This document shows, piece after piece, positions 28,853 through 32,000 of a stretch of 32,000 nucleotides of DNA (its first letter is position 1; every line of letters begins with the position of its first letter). Source of the DNA: an archaeon (GTDB taxonomy: Archaea > Asgardarchaeota > Thorarchaeia > Thorarchaeales > Thorarchaeaceae); contig JAJRZD010000043.1 in NCBI GenBank assembly GCA_024275415.1, positions 122,579 to 154,578 of the forward strand, given 5' to 3'. The position numbers were made by a program, and so were the translations under genes. Below the pieces are notes generated by a model. It was not told the origin of the DNA. It ran no database searches and saw nothing but the letters and a program-made list of their open reading frames with translations.

Positions 28853-29060
28853 GAACTCCTTGTTCTAACACGATTCCTATAGTACTTCTGAACCATGCCT
28901 ATATATTTGTATCGTTTCCAATAAGGATTTCGGATAATTTATGACATTTAAAATGATAATAATTGTTATTAAAAAATAACCAAATAAGATAGGGTACTAC
29001 TGAATAATATTTAAATACAATAGCAGGTTAGTTAACACACGTCTAAAAAGCACAGGTTTA
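28853..29060. promoter_or_regulatory. AT-rich divergent promoter region with clustered palindromes
   Basis: CATTT-A-AAATG (28945-28955), AATAA-TTG-TTATT (28958-28970), GTTATT-AAAA-AATAAC (28965-28980), TATTTAAATA (29008-29017). Confidence 0.6.
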
Positions 29061-29906
29061 GTGCTTGGACCAAGACGGGGTGCAATTGACATTATGATCG
29101 ATGTAGAAGAATCAACTAGTCTAACTCCTGAAGAAGCAGGCCGCAGACTGATTCTGAAACTAGAGGATAGTGAACAAGAGAGCACCCTTTATCATCCGAT
29201 TAGAAGGAAGATAATTGAAGTCCTATCGTCAGGCATTCTTGACTTTCAGGTTTCAACTGACCTGCGAGAAGACATCCTTGATGATGGAACGGCAATATCC
29301 CATATGGTGAGTACACGAACCCCCTTCCAGAGATACTGGATGACAGTGGCAGAGATACTGGATGCGATTGAAAGATCACATCCAAAGATCAAAGTCACAA
29401 AACATCGATGCTATTATCATTTGGACAAGCTTATGGCTTTAGGTTTGGTAGAGCAGTATCCGCCAGTATCATCAAACAAGGATGGGAATAGACAGAGGGT
29501 TCGCGGAAGGAGTTTCCGTACGACAGCACGGTTCTTTATTTCCGGACTGAGAGGAATGTCATCTCAGCTATCCGAAAGAATTCTAAATATCCTTGACAAC
29601 TGCTGGGGATTTGATACCACCAGATTGGAACGCAGTCGTCTAAGAGAGTTGTTACATTCTCTGGATGAAACGATAGTTTCAATGATGGGGTGTATTGCTT
29701 CTAATATGAAAGGGTCTTCGACAGAGTATATGTTGATACCGCTTGTTCTAGAGCAGCTTGCATTACTCCTCTTATCAGATGACGAGAGATTCATTGCACT
29801 GCAAAGAGAAGCAAAAAGGATTCTTGCATCGAACGGGCAACTACTTGGTACAAACACAATCGAAACAGTGCTTCATGACAACGACGAATCGTTAGGAGGC
29901 TCGTAA
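29061..29906 (+). CDS. wHTH protein paralogous to the N-terminus of the PAS sensor, with helical C-terminal region (start may be ATG 29094)
   Basis: LYHPIRRKIIEVL...RYWMTVAEIL...CYYHLDKLMALGLVEQYPP...RVRGRSFRTTARFF. Confidence 0.85.
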   Translation: MLGPRRGAIDIMIDVEESTSLTPEEAGRRLILKLEDSEQESTLYHPIRRKIIEVLSSGILDFQVSTDLREDILDDGTAISHMVSTRTPFQRYWMTVAEILDAIERSHPKIKVTKHRCYYHLDKLMALGLVEQYPPVSSNKDGNRQRVRGRSFRTTARFFISGLRGMSSQLSERILNILDNCWGFDTTRLERSRLRELLHSLDETIVSMMGCIASNMKGSSTEYMLIPLVLEQLALLLLSDDERFIALQREAKRILASNGQLLGTNTIETVLHDNDESLGGS

Positions 29907-29907
29907 A

Positions 29908-30468
29908 ATTAAATCTGTAAGCTCAAAGGTCCCAGTATACAAAATAACCCTTCTTGGGGAAGGAGGCGTTGGAAAGACTTCCATCGCTCTTAGGTATACA
30001 GAGGACAGGTTCGATGAGAACATGAGAATAACAATAGGTGTCAATTTCGCAACAAAGAAGCTTGAGGCGAATGGTATGCCTTTGACAATGATGATCTGGG
30101 ACCTTGGTGGCCAACCACGGTTTCGAGATGTTGTCGGCGACTATTTCGTAGGCACAAAGCTTGCGATTGTGACATATGATGCGACCAGGCCATTTTCTTT
30201 GGAACGGTTGCATGATTGGATAGACCGACTGAAACAAAATGCACCCGATGCGGAATTGCTGTTCGTTGGGAACAAGATAGACGAACGGGATGAAGGAACC
30301 GGTGTTTCTCTATCTCAGGGTCAGGAATTTGCGAAACAGTATCACGCAGAGTGTGTTGAGGTTTCAGCAAAGACTGGTGAAGGGATAGAGGAGATGTTCG
30401 AGCTTGCAGCAAGGATTCTGCTCAATAAACTTGAGGGGAATCCTAACCCTGTTGCAACCATAGCGTAG
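29908..30468 (+). CDS. Rab-like small GTPase; N-terminus extends upstream of track ORF 30022, proposed ATT start
   Basis: The frame upstream of 30022 encodes YKITLLGEGGVGKTS (G1); then TIGVNF, WDLGGQ, NKID, SAK. Identity is firm, the start position is tentative. Confidence 0.85.
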   Translation: MKSVSSKVPVYKITLLGEGGVGKTSIALRYTEDRFDENMRITIGVNFATKKLEANGMPLTMMIWDLGGQPRFRDVVGDYFVGTKLAIVTYDATRPFSLERLHDWIDRLKQNAPDAELLFVGNKIDERDEGTGVSLSQGQEFAKQYHAECVEVSAKTGEGIEEMFELAARILLNKLEGNPNPVATIA

Positions 30469-30480
30469 GGGACAAATCAT

Positions 30481-30735
30481 ATGGTAAGAAAAAAATTGAA
30501 GCCCTTCGCGTGCCCCGTCTGTGGAGATGGGAGTCTCGTAGAAGTTGAAATTGAAGAAGAGGTCATCACAGAGGCAAAACGAATTCCAGCGATGATGACC
30601 ACGAGGTGTGCCAAAAAACACACCCTTGTTCTTTTCGTAGATGCCAATTTTCAGATCCGCGATGTCGAAGTCGCAGTACAGGCTCGCGAAAAGGACGTGA
30701 TTGATAAAACAAAGGATTGGTTTGACACACTTTGA
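30481..30735 (+). CDS. Small zinc-ribbon-like protein
   Basis: CPVC...CAKKH putative metal ligands; 12 nt after the GTPase stop. Confidence 0.75.
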   Translation: MVRKKLKPFACPVCGDGSLVEVEIEEEVITEAKRIPAMMTTRCAKKHTLVLFVDANFQIRDVEVAVQAREKDVIDKTKDWFDTL

Positions 30736-30773
30736 TAGATATTGAAAATGGTTATACAGGAAGTGTTTGAGAA

Positions 30774-31220
30774 ATGTACGGAATTATGCTTGTAAATCAT
30801 GCTGGCGAAACTGTCGCCTCTGTGGGATGGAATCATCTTGAAGGAGACGTTTCATTGTTTGGTGGATTTGTATCTGCGATCCAGATGTTCATCAAACGAG
30901 CATCAGGTGGAACTGAGATGAACGAAATGGTATTTGGAAACCTGAAGCTCCTGATTGGAAATTCAAATGGTTATCACATAGTAACACTCCACGATGCTGA
31001 GGATACATCGGCAATTGATTCAAATCGTCAGGTTGTCGAACTGATAAAGGATAACGAGTCCGAGCCCATGAACGAAGGAGTTCTCGGTCTCATCCAAGAG
31101 ATGGTGACATTGAAAGGCGAACTCAGCAAAGAAGCGGAGCAGAGCATGAAGAACTGGACACAGTCACAGCTAGGAAAGGCTAAGAAATCTGCTAGTGACT
31201 GGGGGAAATCTGTATTCTAG
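30774..31220 (+). CDS. Longin-like domain protein
   Basis: beta-beta-alpha pattern YGIMLVNHAGETV...SLFGGFVSAIQMF, then hairpin EMVFGNLKLLIG; resembles Asgard longin/profilin-like folds. Confidence 0.65.
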   Translation: MYGIMLVNHAGETVASVGWNHLEGDVSLFGGFVSAIQMFIKRASGGTEMNEMVFGNLKLLIGNSNGYHIVTLHDAEDTSAIDSNRQVVELIKDNESEPMNEGVLGLIQEMVTLKGELSKEAEQSMKNWTQSQLGKAKKSASDWGKSVF

Positions 31221-31232
31221 GTGGTGTTATCT

Positions 31233-32000
31233 ATGGCATTGTACGATACGACGCAGTTATACGTGGGACTGATAACAATAGTGGCTGCTCTGACAGTCAT
31301 CTGGTATAGCAAAAATAGGTCGGCAGGTCTTGATGCAGAGTCTAGAAAGGCTTTCAGACCGCTATACCTCATTGCGATAGGCACCCTAGTCTATGGAATT
31401 GGAGCCATTGGAACATCCGTTGAGCATTGGACTGGAATATATCTGCTTCTTGGTGCATATTATTTCTACTACATCTTATTGACCTTTGAGGTCATAATTG
31501 TAAGTTCAGCCGCAGCAATGATCCTGGACTCAAAGAAACTATATGCAGCACCTATCGTGATATTGAGCCTATCGGTGGTCTTTTTCAACCTCACATTGCT
31601 CTTTCCTAGTCAAGCAGACCTTATCTTTATCATAGGAGGGATTGTGGTTCCAGTGGGACTCCTACTTTTTGTCGGGGCAATCCTCCTTTACATCGCTAAA
31701 GAAACTAAACGGAGCACCAGTGCCGCTCTGGCATTTATGCTAGCTCTTCAGATGTTCGATTTGCCATTCTTGTACACAGAATTTGTGAGTGGACCATTAG
31801 TGATTGCATTGCTGTTCATAGTATTGATGGGACCCGCAATGGTTGCGTTTGCTTTTCTGAAACCAGACCAAAAAATCACCTTAGAACTAATAGGATATGG
31901 GTCTAGCTTCGCCGGTCCTGCTTTGATACTTGTCAGCCTTCAAGAGGCTGCACTGTTTACGACCATTGATGTGGCGATAATTGCGATGTCTAGCGCCTTC
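31233..32000 (+). CDS. Polytopic membrane protein, C-terminus runs off the window
   Basis: Open from ATG 31233 (MALYDTTQLYVGLITIVAALTVIWY...) with repeated hydrophobic segments; absent from the ORF track. Confidence 0.8.
   Translation, partial: MALYDTTQLYVGLITIVAALTVIWYSKNRSAGLDAESRKAFRPLYLIAIGTLVYGIGAIGTSVEHWTGIYLLLGAYYFYYILLTFEVIIVSSAAAMILDSKKLYAAPIVILSLSVVFFNLTLLFPSQADLIFIIGGIVVPVGLLLFVGAILLYIAKETKRSTSAALAFMLALQMFDLPFLYTEFVSGPLVIALLFIVLMGPAMVAFAFLKPDQKITLELIGYGSSFAGPALILVSLQEAALFTTIDVAIIAMSSAF

Noticed and set aside
25927-28868. Numerous plus-strand ORFs opposite the PAS gene
   Set aside because: Antisense shadows without motifs or start signals.
18411-30468. Rab-like proteins as true prenylated Rabs
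   Set aside because: Neither C-terminus has CC, CxC or CaaX; called Rab-like only.

Overview
Gene-dense archaeal DNA, most likely from an Asgard archaeon (Thorarchaeia-like). This placement is an inference from three Rab/Arf-like small GTPases, a longin-like protein, GGTGA/GGAGG-type ribosome-binding sites and frequent TTG/GTG starts. No rRNA, tRNA, CRISPR array or mobile element was recognised. From left to right the window holds: a large secreted EEP-family nuclease/phosphatase (Ig, EEP, FN3, at least 4 lamin-tail domains; runs off the left edge and is missing from the ORF track), divergent from a pncB-pncA NAD-salvage operon; a decayed pncA fragment; a tandem pair of unknown paralogues; a membrane histidine kinase; a stand-alone E2-like acyltransferase; a beta-helix surface protein; a convergent pair of winged-helix-like paralogues; a TPR protein, Arf-like GTPase and HAD hydrolase; an unannotated rubredoxin; a membrane protein; a thioredoxin; a Rab-like GTPase; tldD/pmbA; an M48 protease with an EF-hand-like loop; an MFS exporter; a cysteine-loop-less FdhD; a kinase-less wHTH plus multi-PAS sensor divergent from its wHTH-only paralogue; and a Rab-like GTPase, Zn-ribbon, longin-like, membrane protein operon whose GTPase has no canonical start codon. 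The best candidates for undescribed systems are the wHTH-PAS/wHTH divergon with its palindrome-rich intergenic region, the Rab-Zn-longin operon, and the two other paralogue pairs. All family assignments come from motif recognition by eye; no database searches were run.
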